A DNA stretch of 64,000 bases from Scyliorhinus canicula (taxonomy: Eukaryota), in assembly GCF_902713615.1 (NCBI RefSeq), contig NC_052146.1, forward strand, positions 309,582,335 to 309,646,334. Direction: 5' to 3'. Positions 49,061-62,800 of the stretch are shown here, piece after piece. Both the position numbers and the translations under genes were made by a program. Positions within the stretch are counted from its first letter, which is position 1, and every line of letters begins with the position of its first letter. The notes beneath the pieces are model-generated. The model was not told where the DNA came from. It did no database searches and saw only the letters and a program-made list of their open reading frames with translations.

Positions 49061-49150
49061 CTGGGACTGCTTTCACATTGTTATGTATTTGAGTTGATTT
49101 TCTGGTTATTGGCGGGTGATGTGTATTTTTAGTCAGATATTTTTAATCAG

Positions 49151-49504
49151 GGGCAGCACGGTAGCATGGTGGTTAGCATAAATGCTTCACAGCTCCAGGG
49201 TCCCAGGTTCGATTCCCGGCTGGGTCACTGTCTGTGTGGAGTCTGCACGTCCTCCCCCTGTGTGCGTGGGTTTCCTCCGGGTGCTCCGGTTTCCTCCCAC
49301 AGTCCAAAGATGTGCGGGTTAGGTGGATTGGCCATGCTAAATTGCCCGTAGTGTCCTAATAAAAGTAAGGTTAAGGGGGGGGGGTTGTTGGGTTACGGTT
49401 ATAGGGTGGATATGTGGGTTTGAGTAGGGTGATCATTGCTCGGCACAACATTGAGGGCCGAAGGGCCTGTTCTGTGCTGTACTATTCTATGTTCTATGTT
49501 CTAT
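49151..49504 (+). mobile_element. HE1/V-SINE-like SINE inserted in the right arm of the inverted repeat
   Basis: Full head-to-tail copy; absent from the left arm. Confidence 0.88.
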
Positions 49505-49570
49505 ATTCCTGTTTAGGAATTGAGATAGTTTGGGGTTCTCATGGTTCAATGGGAAAAAACAGCGTCAGAG

Positions 49571-51378
49571 GCAACACTGAGCCCCCAGCTCAGCGATCCC
49601 ACTCTGAAACTCTAACACTGAGCCCCCAGCTCAGCGATCCCACTCTGAAACTCTAACACTGAGCCCCCAGCCCAGCGATCCCACTCTGAAACTCTAACAC
49701 TGAGCCCCCAGCCCAGCGATCCCACTCTGAAACTCTAACACTGAGCCCCCAGCCCAGCGATCCCACTCTGAAACTCTAACACTGAGCCCCCAGCCCAGCG
49801 ATCCCACTCTGAAACTCTAACACTGAGCCCCCAGCTCAGCGATCCCACTCTGAAACTCTAACACTGAGCCCCCAGCCCAGCGATCCCACTCTGAAACTCT
49901 AACACTGAGCCCCCAGCTCAGCGATCCCACTCTGAAACTCTAACACTGAGCCCCCAGCCCAGCGATCCCACTCTGAAACTCTAACACTGAGCCCCCAGCC
50001 CAGCGATCCCACTCTGAAACTCTAACACTGAGCCCCCAGCTCAGCGATCCCACTCTGAAACTCTAACACTGAGCCCCCAGCCCAGCGATCCCACTCTGAA
50101 ACTCTAACACTGAGCCCCCAGCCCAGCGATCCCACTCTGAAACTCTAACACTGAGGCCCCAGCCCAGCGATCCCACACTGAAACTCTAACACTGAGCCCC
50201 CAGCTCAGCGATCCCACTCTGAAACTCTAACACTGAGCCCCCAACTCAGCGATCCCACTCTGAAACTCTAACACTGAGCCCCCAGCCCAGCGATCCCACT
50301 CTGAAACTCTAACACTGAGCCCCCAGCTCAGCGATCCCACTCTGAAACTCTAACACTGAGCCTCCAGCTCAGCGATCCCACTCTGAAACTCTTACACTGA
50401 GCCCCCTGCCCAGCGATCCCACTCTGAAACTCCAACACTGAGCATCGAGCCCAGCGATCCCACTCTGAAACTCTAACACTGAGCCCCCAGCCCAGCGATC
50501 CCACTCTGAAACTCTAACACTGAGCCCCCAGCCCAGCGATCCCACTCTGAAACTCTAACACTGAGCCCCCAGCTCAGCGATCCCACTCTGAAACTCTAAC
50601 ACTGAGCCCCCAGCCCTGCGATCACACTCTGAAACTCTAACACTGACTCCCCAGCCCAGCGATCCCACTCTGAAACTCTAACACTGAGCCCCCAGCCCAG
50701 CGATCCCACTCTGAAACTCTAACACTGAGCCCCCAGCCCAGCGATCCCACTCTGAAACTCTAACACTGAGCCCCCAGCTCAGCGATCCCACTCTGAAACT
50801 CTAACACTGAGCCCCCAGCCCAGCGATCCCACTCTGAAACTCTAACACTGAGCCCCCAGCCCAGCGAACCCACTCTGAAACTCTAACACTGAGCCCCCAG
50901 CTCAGCGATCCCACTCTGAAACTCTAACACTGAGCCCCCAGCCCAGCGATCCCACTCTGAAACTCTAACACTGAGCCCCCAGCCCAGCGATCCCACTCTG
51001 AAACTCTAACACTGAGCCCCCAGCCCAGCGATCCCACTCTGAAACTCTAACACTGAGCCCCGAGCTCAGCGATCCCACTCTGAAACTCTAACACTGAGCC
51101 CCCAGCCCAGCGATCCCACTCTGAAACTCTAACACTGAGCCCCCAGCCCAGCGATCCCACTCTGAAACTCTAACACTGAGCCCCCAGCTCAGCGATCCCA
51201 CTCTGAAACTCTAACACTGAGCCCCCAGCTCAGCGATCCCACTCTGAAACTCTAACACTGAGCCCCCAGCCCAGCGATCCCACTCTGAAACTCTAACACT
51301 GAGCCCCCAGCTCAGCGATCCCACTCTGAAACTCTAACACTGAGCCCCCAGCCCAGCGATCCCACTCTGAAACTCTAA
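49571..51378 (-). repeat. Same 41-bp minisatellite, inverted, about 44 copies
   Basis: Reverse complement of the 43946-44972 unit. Confidence 0.96.
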
Positions 51379-51687
51379 CGGGCGGCAATCCACAGACACA
51401 ATTGTCTCACTCTTCATATTCAAAACTTGGTTAAAAACACATTGTCCAGGTTCACTGACGAGGAACAGTTATTGAAACGAGTTATTGGAAGAGTGACACC
51501 ACGTGTGGGATCACTCCCCACCGTGAGGTCAACAACATCAGGGTGAGGGGCAGCACGGTATCGCAGTGAGTTAGCACTGCTGCCTCACGGCGCCGAGGAC
51601 CCGGCTTTGACCCCGACTCTGGATCACTCTCCGTGTGGAGTTTGTACATTCTCCTGCTGTTTGTGTGGGTTTTAAAAATATATTTGA

Positions 51688-53573
51688 AAAAAAATCCCCT
51701 GAATCAGTTTGGTAAACCTTCACTGCTCTCCCTCGAGAGCAAGAACATCCTTCCTCCGAAAAGGGGACCAAAACTACACACAATACTCCAGGTGTAGCCT
51801 CACCAAGGCCCTGTATAATTGCAGCAACGCATCCCTGCTCCTGGACTCGAAACCTCTCACAATGAAGGCCAACATGCCATTTGCCTGGAAATAGTGGATG
51901 CATTGGTGGGCATCTTCCGGGATTCTATAGATTCTGGAGCAGTCCCTGCAGATTGGAGGATAGCTAATGTCACTCCAATATTCAAAAAGGGAGGTACAGA
52001 GAAAGCAGGGAATTCTCGACCAGTAAGCCTAACATTGACAATGGGGAAAATTTTTAAATCTATTATCAAGGACTTTATAGTGGGACATTGAGAAAGCAGT
52101 GGCAGGATCAGTCAGAGTCAGCATGGATTTATGAAGGGGAAATCATGCTTGACAAATCTAATGGAATTCTTTGGAAATGTATGTTGTAGAGTTGACAACG
52201 GGGAGCCAGTCAATGTGGTATAGTTGGACTTTCAGAAGGCGTTCAACAAAGACCTGCATAAGCACGGTAGCATTGTGGATAGCACAATTGCTTCACAGCT
52301 CCAGGGTCCCAGGTTCGATTCCCGGCTGGGTCACTGTCTGTGTGGAGTCTGCACATCCTCCCCGTGTGTGCATGGGTTTCCTCCGGGTGCTCCGGTTTCC
52401 TCCCATAGTCCAAAGATGTGCAGGTTAGGTGGATTGGCCATGATAAATTGCCCTCAGTGTCCAAAATTTCCCTTAGTGTTGGGTGGGGTTAATGGGTTGT
52501 GGGGATAGGGTGGAGGTGTGGGCTTGGGTAGGGTGCTCTTTCCAGGAGCCGGTGCAGACTCGATGGGCCGAATGGCCTCCTTCTGCACTGTAAATTCTAT
52601 AATTCTATGAAAAGAGATTATTGTGCAAGATTAAAGCGCATGGGATTGGGGGAAATGTATTGAGGTGGATAGAAAACTGGTTGGTAGAGCGGAAACAAAG
52701 AGTAGGAATTAATGGGTCTTTTTCAAATTGGCAGGCAGTAACCAGTGGGGCACCACAGGGATCGGTGCTGGGACCCCAGATATTCACAAGAGATATTATT
52801 GATTTGGATGAGGGAACAAAATGCAACATCTCAAAGTTTGTAGGTGATACCAAGTTGGGTGGGAGAGTGCACTGTGACGAGGATGCAGGGATCCTACAGC
52901 ATGACCCAGAGAGGTTGGGCGAGTGGGAAAATCAATGGCAGATGCAGTATAATTTGGATACGTGTGAGGAAGCAAAAACAGGAAGACAGATTACTACCTG
53001 AATGGTTGTAAATTGGGAGAGGGGAGTGTGCAGCGGGACCTGGGTGTCCTTGTGCACCATTCGCTGAAGGTAAGCATGCAGGTACAGCAGGCGGTAAAGA
53101 AGGCTAATGGCATGTTGGCCTTCATTGTGAGAGGTTTCGAGTCCAGGAGCAGGGATGCGTTGCTGCAATTATACAGGGCCTTGGTGAGGCTACACCTGGA
53201 GTATTGTGTGTAGTTTTGGTCCCCTTTTCGGAGGAAGGATGTTCTTGCTCTCGAGGGAGTGCAGCGAAGGTTTACCAAACTGATTCAGGGGATTTTTTTG
53301 GGACATTGGAACCGGTTCTGGGGGCGGTGGGACCATTACAAACCGGATGGTCTACACCTGGGCAGGACTGGAACCAATATCCTAGGGGGTGCTTTTGCTA
53401 ACACTGTTGGGGAGTTTTTAAACTAATGTGGCAGGGGGATGGGAGTCAGATTAGGAAGTTAGAGGTCAGTAAAGAAGCAGCAACTAAAGCCAGTAAGGTA
53501 CGAGATAATAAACTCCATGTGAATAAGGGGAAATGTAGACAGGGAAGAGATGATGAACGCAAAGGTGGTCTGA
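51688..53573. mobile_element. Mosaic of CR1 fragments with inverted and direct local duplications
   Basis: RT fragments (QGSVLGP); 51688-51886 is the reverse complement of about 53101-53299; 53294-53573 equals 57616-57895. Confidence 0.85.
52261..52610 (+). mobile_element. HE1/V-SINE-like SINE inserted in CR1
   Basis: Same family; interrupts RT sequence. Confidence 0.88.
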
Positions 53574-55943
53574 ATGGCGAATGAGGCTCCGGGAATTCTT
53601 CCACAGACCCCAAGAGGCCGACAGCGAACCCAGGGACACGACCAATGAACCGGAACAGCAGACCGCGAGATCTGCAGTGCAGCAACCGAAAAGGAAAGAG
53701 TCAAATTGGACCCCTCCGGAAGGCCGCTGCCCTAGACTCGACAGGTATGCTCAAGCCGTCAGAAGTCGTGTCAATGCCAGATTCATCACTCGCAATCACA
53801 AGGCAGCCTCAAACGTCACCCAAGCACAACGCAACGCCATCCGCACTCTCAAGACCAACCGCAACATCGTCATCAAACCAGCAGACAAAGGAGGGGCCAC
53901 CGTCATACTGAACAGAACAGACTACTGCAAAGAAGTATACCGACAACTCGACAACCAGGAACACTACAGGCAGTTACCCGCAGATCCAACCAAGGAACAC
54001 ATCCGCCAACTCAGCAGACTGATCAAGACCTTAGATCCAGACCTTCAGAACACCCTACGTGCTCTCATCCCACGTAATCCCCGCATTGGAGATCTCTACT
54101 GCCTCCCGAAAATACACAAGGCCAACACACCAGGCCGTCCTATCGTTTCAGGCAATGGGACCCTGTGTGAGAACCTCTCTGGCCACATCGAGGGCATCTT
54201 GAAACCCATCGTACAAGGTACACCCAGCTTCTGTCGCGACACGACGGACTTCCTACAGAAACTCAGCACCCATGGACCAGTTGAACCAGGAACATTCCTC
54301 GTCACAATGGATGTCTCGGCACTCTACACCAGCATCCCCCATGACGACGGCATTGCTGCAACAGCCTCAGTCCTCAACACCGACAACTGCCAATCTCCAG
54401 ACGCAATTCTGCAACTCATCCGTTTCATTCTAGACCACAACGTCTTCACCTTCGACAACAAATTCTTCATCCAGACGCACGGAACAGCCATGGGGACCAA
54501 ATTTGCACCTCAATATGCCAACATCTTCATGCACAAGTTTGAACAGGACTTCCTCACCACACAGGACTTTCAACCGATGCTATACACCAGATACATCGAT
54601 GACATTTTTTTCCTTTGGACCCACGGCGAGACATCACTGAAACGACTACACGATGACATCAATAAGTTCCATCCCACCATCAAACTCACCATGGACTATT
54701 CTCCAAATTCAGTTCCATTCTTGGACACACTCGTCTCCATCAAGGACGGTCACCTCAGCACCTCGCTTTACCGCAAGCCCACAGATAATCTCACGATGCT
54801 CCACTTCTCCAGCTTTCACCCGAAACACATTAAAGAAGCCATCCCCTATGGACAAGCCCTCCGTATACACAGGATCTGCTCAGACAAGGAGGAGCGCAAC
54901 AGACACCTACAGATGCTGAAAGATGCCCTCGTACGAACGGGATATGGCGCTCGACTCATTGATCGACAGTTCCACCGCGCCACAGCAAAAAACCGCACCG
55001 ACCTCCTCAGAAGACAAACACGGGACACCACTGACAGAGTACCCTTTGTCGTCCAGTACTTTCCTGGGGCGGAGAAACTACGACATCTTCTTCGCAGCCT
55101 CCAACACATCATCAGCGAGGATGGACATCTTGCCAAGGTCATCCCCACACCCCCACTACTGGCCTTCAAACAACCGCGCAACCTCAAACAAACCATTGTT
55201 TGCAGCAAATTACCCAGCCTTCAGAACAGCAACCACAACACCACAAAACCCTGCCAGGGTAATCTCTGCAAGACATGCCAGATCATCGACATGGACACCA
55301 CCATTACACGTGGAAACACCACCCACCAGGTACGCGGCGCATACTCGTGCGACTCGACCAATGTAGTCTACCTCATACGCTGCAGGAAAGGATGTCCCGA
55401 AGCGTGGTACATTGGCGAGACCATGCAGACACTGCGACAACGAATAAACGGGCATCGTGCGACTATCAACAGGCAGGACTGTTCCCTTCCAGTTGGGGAA
55501 CACTTCAGCAGTCAAGGACATTCAGCCTCTGATCTCCGGGTCAGCATTCTACAAGGAGGCCTTCAGGAGACGCGACAACGCAAAATTGCTGAGCAAAAAC
55601 TTATAGCTAAGTTCCGCACGCATGAATGCGGACTCAACCGGGATCTGGGATTCATGTCGCATTACATTCGGCCCCCACCAACAAGCCTGGACTTGCAGAG
55701 GCCTACCGACTGAACTGGCTTGGGACAATTCACACCTCTTTAACCTGGAGTTACCTCTCTCTCTGCATCTTTGATGATTTGATTGCCTGCAGGTGCTCGC
55801 ATTCCGGGGCATCTCTGACTGTGTCTATATAAACATTTCTGGAACAAGCCTTTCCATTCACCTGAAGAAGGAGCCGTGCTCCGAAAGCTCGTGTTTGAAA
55901 CAAACCTGTTGGACTTTAACCTGGTGTTGTAAGACTTCTTACT
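53574..55943 (+). mobile_element. 5'-truncated Penelope-like element; ORF 53581-55713 (RT + GIY-YIG)
   Basis: KPADKGG, KIHK, GTAMG, RYIDD RT motifs; VVYLIRC..WYIGET GIY-YIG; uninterrupted 710-aa frame. Confidence 0.95.
55851..55900 (+). ncRNA. Minimal type I hammerhead ribozyme in the Penelope 3' end
   Basis: CTGAAGA (55862-68), stem II GGAGC/GCTCC, GAAA, palindromic AGCT stem III, predicted cut after C55890; stem I TTTC..CAC pairs with GTG..GAAA. Confidence 0.7.
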
Positions 55944-56380
55944 ATTTCCAGAGCCACTTCCTTAAGCACTCTGGGATGCAGATTCTCAGGCCCTGGGGAT
56001 TTATCCGCCTTCAGTGCCATCAATTTCCCCAACACCATTTCTCTACTGATATTGATCTCCCTCAGTTCTTCCCTCTCCCTCAGGCTTTCATTCTCCAACA
56101 TTTCTGCTGTCTAATTTGTCCTCTTTTCTCAAGACAGAACCAAAGTATGTATTCAATTGCTCAGTCATTTCTTTGTAACGATTATACATTCCCCCATTTC
56201 TGCCTGTAGGGGGCCTACATTTATCTTTACCAATCTCTTTCTCTTCATGAATTATATAAACTTCTATAGTCTGTCTTAATGTTCCCTGCAAGCTTCCTTG
56301 CAGACTGAACTTTCCCCTTTCCCCTTGTTAATCAATCCCTTGATCCTTTTTTGCTGAATTCTAAACTGCTCCCAATCCTC
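55944..56380 (-). mobile_element. CR1 ORF2 fragment
   Basis: ADKSPGPENLHPRVLKE motif on the minus strand. Confidence 0.75.
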
Positions 56381-56389
56381 AGACCTATC

Positions 56390-59300
56390 CATCCAGCAGA
56401 GGGCAGCAGAGCGGAGCTACTGATTGGTTTTTACATATGTGCAGTGCGGTCAGCCTAATTTGAAGGTGGTTTGTGAAGGGGCTGTTGTCAAGTGACAATT
56501 TAACCTGAAACACTTCCTCAGTGTTTCCCGCCCTACCCCCTCCTCTAACCAAAAAAAAAACCAACCGTGGTTGTCGGGAAGGTAAGTTTATCTCTTCAAA
56601 AACTTACTTTGTAGGGTGACATCACAGCAAAGCAGTGACCTGATTGGCTGGCAAGGAAAGTCCCCCAATTAGCAGTTGCTGGGAGAAATTTAACTCTTCG
56701 TGTGTTGGTGAGTATTGTGATCGGTAAGTAAAATCTTTATTCCTTTCACTTATTAATTATTTGATGTTATATTTGTGATCAGTTAAGGTAAAGGGTAAAA
56801 ATGGCAGGAGATCCCAGACCCGTGTTATGCTCCTCGTGCTCAACGTGGGAGTTCAGGGACGCGGCCGATGCCCCTGACTCCTTCATGTGTGGGAAGTGTG
56901 TCCAGCTGCAGCTCCTGTTAGACCGCATGACGGCTCTGGAGCTGCGGATGGACTCACTTTGGAGCATCCGCGATGCTGAGGAGGTTGTGGATAGCACGTT
57001 CAGTGAGTTGGTCACACCGCATATTAGGATTGGTGAGGGAGACAGGGAATGGGTGACCAAAAGGCAGAGAAAGAGCAGGAAGGCAGTGCAGGTGTTCCCT
57101 GCGGTCCTCTCCCTCCAAAACAGGTATACCGTTTTGGATACTGTTGGGGGAGATGACACACCAGGGGAAGGCAGTAGTAGCCAGGCTCACGGCACCGTGG
57201 CTAGCTCTGCTGCACAGAAGGGCAGGAAAAAGACTGGCAGGGCTATAGTCATAGGGGATTCAATTGTAAGTGGAGTAGACAGGCGTTTCTGTGGTCGAAA
57301 ATGAGACTCCCGAATGGTATGTTGCCTCCCGGGTGCTCGGGTCAGGGATGTCTCCGATCGGCTGCAGGACATACTGAAGGGGGAGGGTGAACAGCCAGTT
57401 GTCGTGGTGCATATAGGCACCAACGATATAGGTATAAAAAGGGATGAGGTCCTACAATCAGAATTTAGGGAGTTAGGAGATAAGTTAAAAAGTAGGACCT
57501 CAAAGGTAGTAATCTCAGGATTGCTACCAGTGCCACGGGACAGTCAGAGTAGAAATTCAAGAATAGTCAGAATGAATATGTGGCTTGAGAGATGGTGCAG
57601 GAGGGAGGGGTTCAGATTTTTGGGACATTGGAACCGGTTCTGGGGGCGGTGGGACCATTACAAACCGGATGGTCTACACCTGGGCAGGACTGGAACCAAT
57701 ATCCTAGGGGGTGCTTTTGCTAACACTGTTGGGGAGTTTTTAAACTAATGTGGCAGGGGGATGGGAGTCAGATTAGGAAGTTAGAGGTCAGTAAAGAAGC
57801 AGCAACTAAAGCCAGTAAGGTACGAGATAATAAACTCCATGTGAATAAGGGGAAATGTAGACAGGGAAGAGATGATGAACGCAAAGGTGGTCTGAGGTGC
57901 ATTTCTTTTAATGTGAGAAGTGTAGCAGGTAAGGCAGATGAACTTAGGGCTTGGATCAGTACCTGGGAATATGATGCTATTGGTATTACTGATACTTGGT
58001 TGAGGGAAGGGCAGGACTGGCAACTGAATATCCCAGGGTATAGATGCTTCAGGAGGGATAGAGAGGGAGGTAAAAGGGGTGGAGGAGTTGCATTACTCGT
58101 CAGAGATGATATTACAGCTGTGATTAAGGAGAGCACGATGGAGGATTCGAGCACTGAGGCAATATGGTGGAGCTGAGAAATAGGAAGGGTGCAGTAACAT
58201 TGTTGGGACTTTACTACTGGCCTCCCAAAAGCGAGCATGAAGTAGAGGTACAAATATGCAGACAGATTATAGAAAAATGTAGGAGCAATAGGGTGGTTGT
58301 GATGGGAGATTTTAACTTCCCCAACATTGAATGGGATTCGTGTAGTGTTGGAGGCATAGATGAAGCAGAATTTGTAAGGAGCATCCAGGAGAGTTTTTTA
58401 GAGCAGTCTGTAAATAGTCCAACTCGGGAAGGGGCCATACTGAACCTGGTATTGGGGAATTATCCCGGCCAGGTGGTTGATGTTTCAGTCGGTGATTACT
58501 TTGGGAATAGCGATCACAATTCCGTAAGTTTTAGAATACTCATGGACAAGGACAGGAGGTGTCTGAAAGGAAGAGTGCTAAATTGGGGAAAGGCAGAGTA
58601 TAACAAAATTCGGCAGGAGCTAGGGAATGAGGATTGGGAGCAGCTGTTTAAGGGTAAATCCACATTTGAAATGTGGAAGTTGTTTAAGGAAAGGTTGATT
58701 AGAGTGCAGGACAGACATGTTCCTGTGAAAATGAAAGATAGAAATGGCAAGATTAGGGAACCATGGATGATGGGTGAAATTGTGAGACTAGCTAAGATGA
58801 AAAAGGAAGCATACATAGGATCGAGGCAACTCAAAACTGATGAAGCTTTGGAGGAATATCGGGAAAGTAGGACGAATCTCAAACGCGCAATAAAGAGGGC
58901 TAAAAGGGGTCATGAAATATCTTTGGCTAACAATGTTAAGGAAAATCCCAAAGCATTTTATTCATATGTAAGGAGCAAGAGGGTAACTAGAGAAAGGATT
59001 GGCCCACTTAAAGACAAAAGAGGGAATTTATGCGTGGACTCAGAGGAAATGGGTGAGATTCTTAATGAGTACTTTGCATCGGTATTCACAAAGGAGAGGG
59101 ACAAGACGGATGTTGAGGCCAGGGATGGATGTTTAAATATTCTCGGTCAAGTTGTCATACGGAAGGGGGAAGTTTTGGGTATTCTAAAAGACATTAAGGT
59201 GGACAAGTCCCCAGGACCGGATGGAATCTATCCCAGGTTACTGAGGAAAGCGAGGGTCGAAATAGCTGGGGCCTTAACAGATATCTTTGCAGCATCCTTG

Positions 59301-59838
59301 AGCACGGGTGAGGTCCCGGAGGACTGGAGAATTGCTAATGTTGTCCCTTTGTTTAAGAAGGGTAGCAGGGATAATCCAGGGAATTATCGACCTGTGAGCT
59401 TGACGTCAGTGGTAGGCAAACTGTTGGAGAAGATACTGAGGGATAGGATCTATTCACATCTGGAAGAAAATAGACTTATCAGTGATAGACAGCATGGTTT
59501 TGTGCAGGGAAGGTCATGTCTTACAAACCTAATAGAATTCTTTGGGGAAGTGACAAAGTTAATTGATGAGGGAAAGGCTGTAGATGTTGTATACATGGAC
59601 TTTCGTAAGGCGTTTGATAAGGTTTCCCATGGCAGGTTGATGGAAAAAGTGAAGTCGTATGGGGTTCAGGGTATACTAGCTAGATGGATAAAGAACTGGC
59701 TGGGCAACAGGAGACACAGAGTAGTGGTGGAAGGGAGTGTCTCAAAATGGAGAACTGTGACCAGTGGTGTTCCACAGGGGTCCGTGCTTGGATCACTGTT
59801 GTTTGTGATCTACATAAATGACCTGGAGGAAGGTTTAG
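56390..59838 (+). mobile_element. CR1 LINE, 5' two-thirds; truncated by satellite
   Basis: 5'UTR, ORF1 56801-57745 with an in-frame TGA at 57302, degenerate APE and RT; stops just after the QGSV motif region. Confidence 0.92.
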
Positions 59839-62800
59839 GTGCACCGACCCCGGCACCTGGCATCGACCTCGGCACCTGGCACCGACCCCGGCACCTGGCA
59901 TCGACCCCGGCACCCGGTATCGACCCCGGCACCCGGCACCGACCCCGGCACCCGGTATCGACCCCGGCACCCGGCATCGACCCCGGCACCCGGCATCGAC
60001 CCCGGCATCCGGCATCGACCCCGGCACCCGGCACCGACCCCGGCACCGACCCCGGCACCTGTCATCGAACCCCGCACCCGGCATCGACCCCGGCACCGAC
60101 CCCGGCACCCGGCACCGACCCCGGCACCCGGCATCGACCCCGGCACCGACCCCGGCACCCAGCATCGACCCCGGCACCGACCCCGGCACCCGGCATCGAC
60201 CCCGGCATCCGGCACCGACCCCGGCACCCGGCATCGACCCCGGCACCGACCCCGGCATCCGGCACCGACCCCGGCACCGACCCCGGCACCGACCCCGGCA
60301 CCGACCCCGGCATCCGGCACCCGGCACCCGGCATCGACCCCGGCACCCGGCATCGACCCCGGCACCCGGCATCGACCCCGGCACCCGGCATCGACCCCGG
60401 CACCCGGCATCGACCCCGGCACCCGGCATCGACCCCGGCACCGACCCCGGCACCCGGCACCAACCCCGGCACCCGGCATCGACCCTGGCATCCGGCACCG
60501 ACCCCGGCACCCGGCACCGACCCCGGCACCTGTCATCGAACCCCGCACCCGGCATCGACCCCGGCACCCGGCACCGACCCCGGCACCTGTCATCGAACCC
60601 CGCACCCGGCATCGACCCCGGCATCCGGCACCGACCCCGGCACCCGGCATCGACCCCGACACCGACCCCGCACCCGGCATCGACCCCGGCACCGACCCTG
60701 GCACCGACCCCGGCATCCGGCACCCGGCACCCGGCATCGACCCCGGCACCGACCCCGGCACCCGGCACCGACCCCGGCACCCGGCATCGACCCCGGCACC
60801 GACCCCGGCACCCGGCACCGACCCCGGCACCCGGCATCGACCCCGGCACCGACCCCGGCACCCGGCATCGGCCCCGGCACCGACCCCGGCACCCGGCACC
60901 GACCCCGGCACCCGGCATCGACCCTGGCATCCGGCACCGACCCCGGCACCCGGCACCGACCCCGGCACCTGTCATCGAACCCCGCACCCGGCATCGACCC
61001 CGGCACCCGCACCGACCCCGGCACCCGGCATCGACCCCCGGCACCGACCCCGGCACCGACCCCGGCATCCGGCACCCGGCACCCGGCATCGACCCCGCCA
61101 ACCGGCATCGACCCCGGCACCCGGCCTCGACCCCGGCACCGACCCCGGCACCCGGCATCGACCCCGGCACCGACCCCGGCATCCGGCACCGACCCCGGCA
61201 CCGACCCCGCACCCGGCATCGACCCCGGCACCGACCCCGGCACCGACCCCGGCACCGACCCCGGCATCCGGCACCCGGCACCCGGCATCGACCCCCGGCA
61301 CCCGGCATCGACCCCGGCACCCGGCATCGACCCCGGCACCCGGCATCGACCCCGGCACCCGGCACCCGGCATCGACCCCGGCACCGACCCCGGCACCCGG
61401 CACCGACCCCGGCACCCGGCATCGACCCTGGCATCCGGCACCGACCCCGGCACCCGGCACCGACCCCGGCACCTGTCATCGAACCCCGCACCCGGCATCG
61501 ACCCCGGCACCCGGCACCGACCCCGGCACCCGGCATCGACCCCGGCACCGACCCCGCACCCGGCATCGACCCCGGCACCGACCCCGGCACCGACCCCGGC
61601 ATCCGGCACCCGGCATCGACCCCGGCACCGACCCCGGCACCCGGCACCGACCCCCGGCACCCGGCATCGACCCCGGCACCGACCCCGGCACCCGGCACCG
61701 ACCCCGGCACCCGGCATCGACCCCGGCATCGACCCCGGCATCCGGCACCGACCCCGGCACCCGGCATCGACCCCGGCACCGACCCCGGCACCCGGCACCG
61801 ACCCCGGCACCCGGCATCGACCCCGGCACCGACCCCGGCACCCGGCACCGACCCCGGCACCCGGCATCGACCCCGGCATCGACCCCGGCACCCGGCATCG
61901 ACCCCGGCATCCGGCACCGACTCCGGCACCCGGCATCGACCCCGGCACCGACCCCGGCACCCGGCACCCGGCACCCGGCACCGACCCCGGCACCCGGCAT
62001 CGACCCTGGCATCCGGCACCGACCCCGGCACCCGGCACCGACCCCGGCACCCGGCATCGACCCCGGCACCCGGCATTGACCCCGGCATCCGGCATCGACC
62101 CTGGCATCCGGCACCGACCCCGGCACCCGGCACCGACCCCGGCACCTGTCATCGACCCCGGCACCCGGCACCGACCCCGGCACCTGTCATCGACCCCGGC
62201 ACCCGGCACCGACCCCGGCACCCGGCATCGACCCCGGCACCGACCCCGGCACCGACCCCGGCATCCGGCACCCGGCACCCGGCATCAACCCCGGCACCCG
62301 GCATCGACCCCGGCATCCGGCACCGACCCCGGCACCCGGCATCGACCCCGGCATCGACCCCGGCATCCGGCACCGACCCCGGCACCCGGCATCGACCCCG
62401 GCACCGACCCCGGCACCCAGCACCGACCCCAGCACCCGGCAGCGACCCTGGCATCCGGCACCGACCCCGGCACCCGGCACCGACCCCGGCACCCGGCATC
62501 GACCCCGGCACCGACCCCGCACCCGGCATCGACCCCGGCACCGACCCCGGCACCGACCCCGGCATCCGGCACCCGGCATCGACCCCGGCACCGACCCCGG
62601 CACCCGGCACCGACCCCGGCACCCGGCATCGACCCCGGCACCGACCCCGGCACCCGGCACCGACCCTGGCACCCGGCATCGACCCCGGCATCGACCCCGG
62701 CATCCGGCACCGACCCCGGCACCCGGCATCGACCCCGGCACCGCCCCCGGCACCCGGCACCGACCCCGGCACCCGGCATCGACCCCGGCACCGACCCCGG

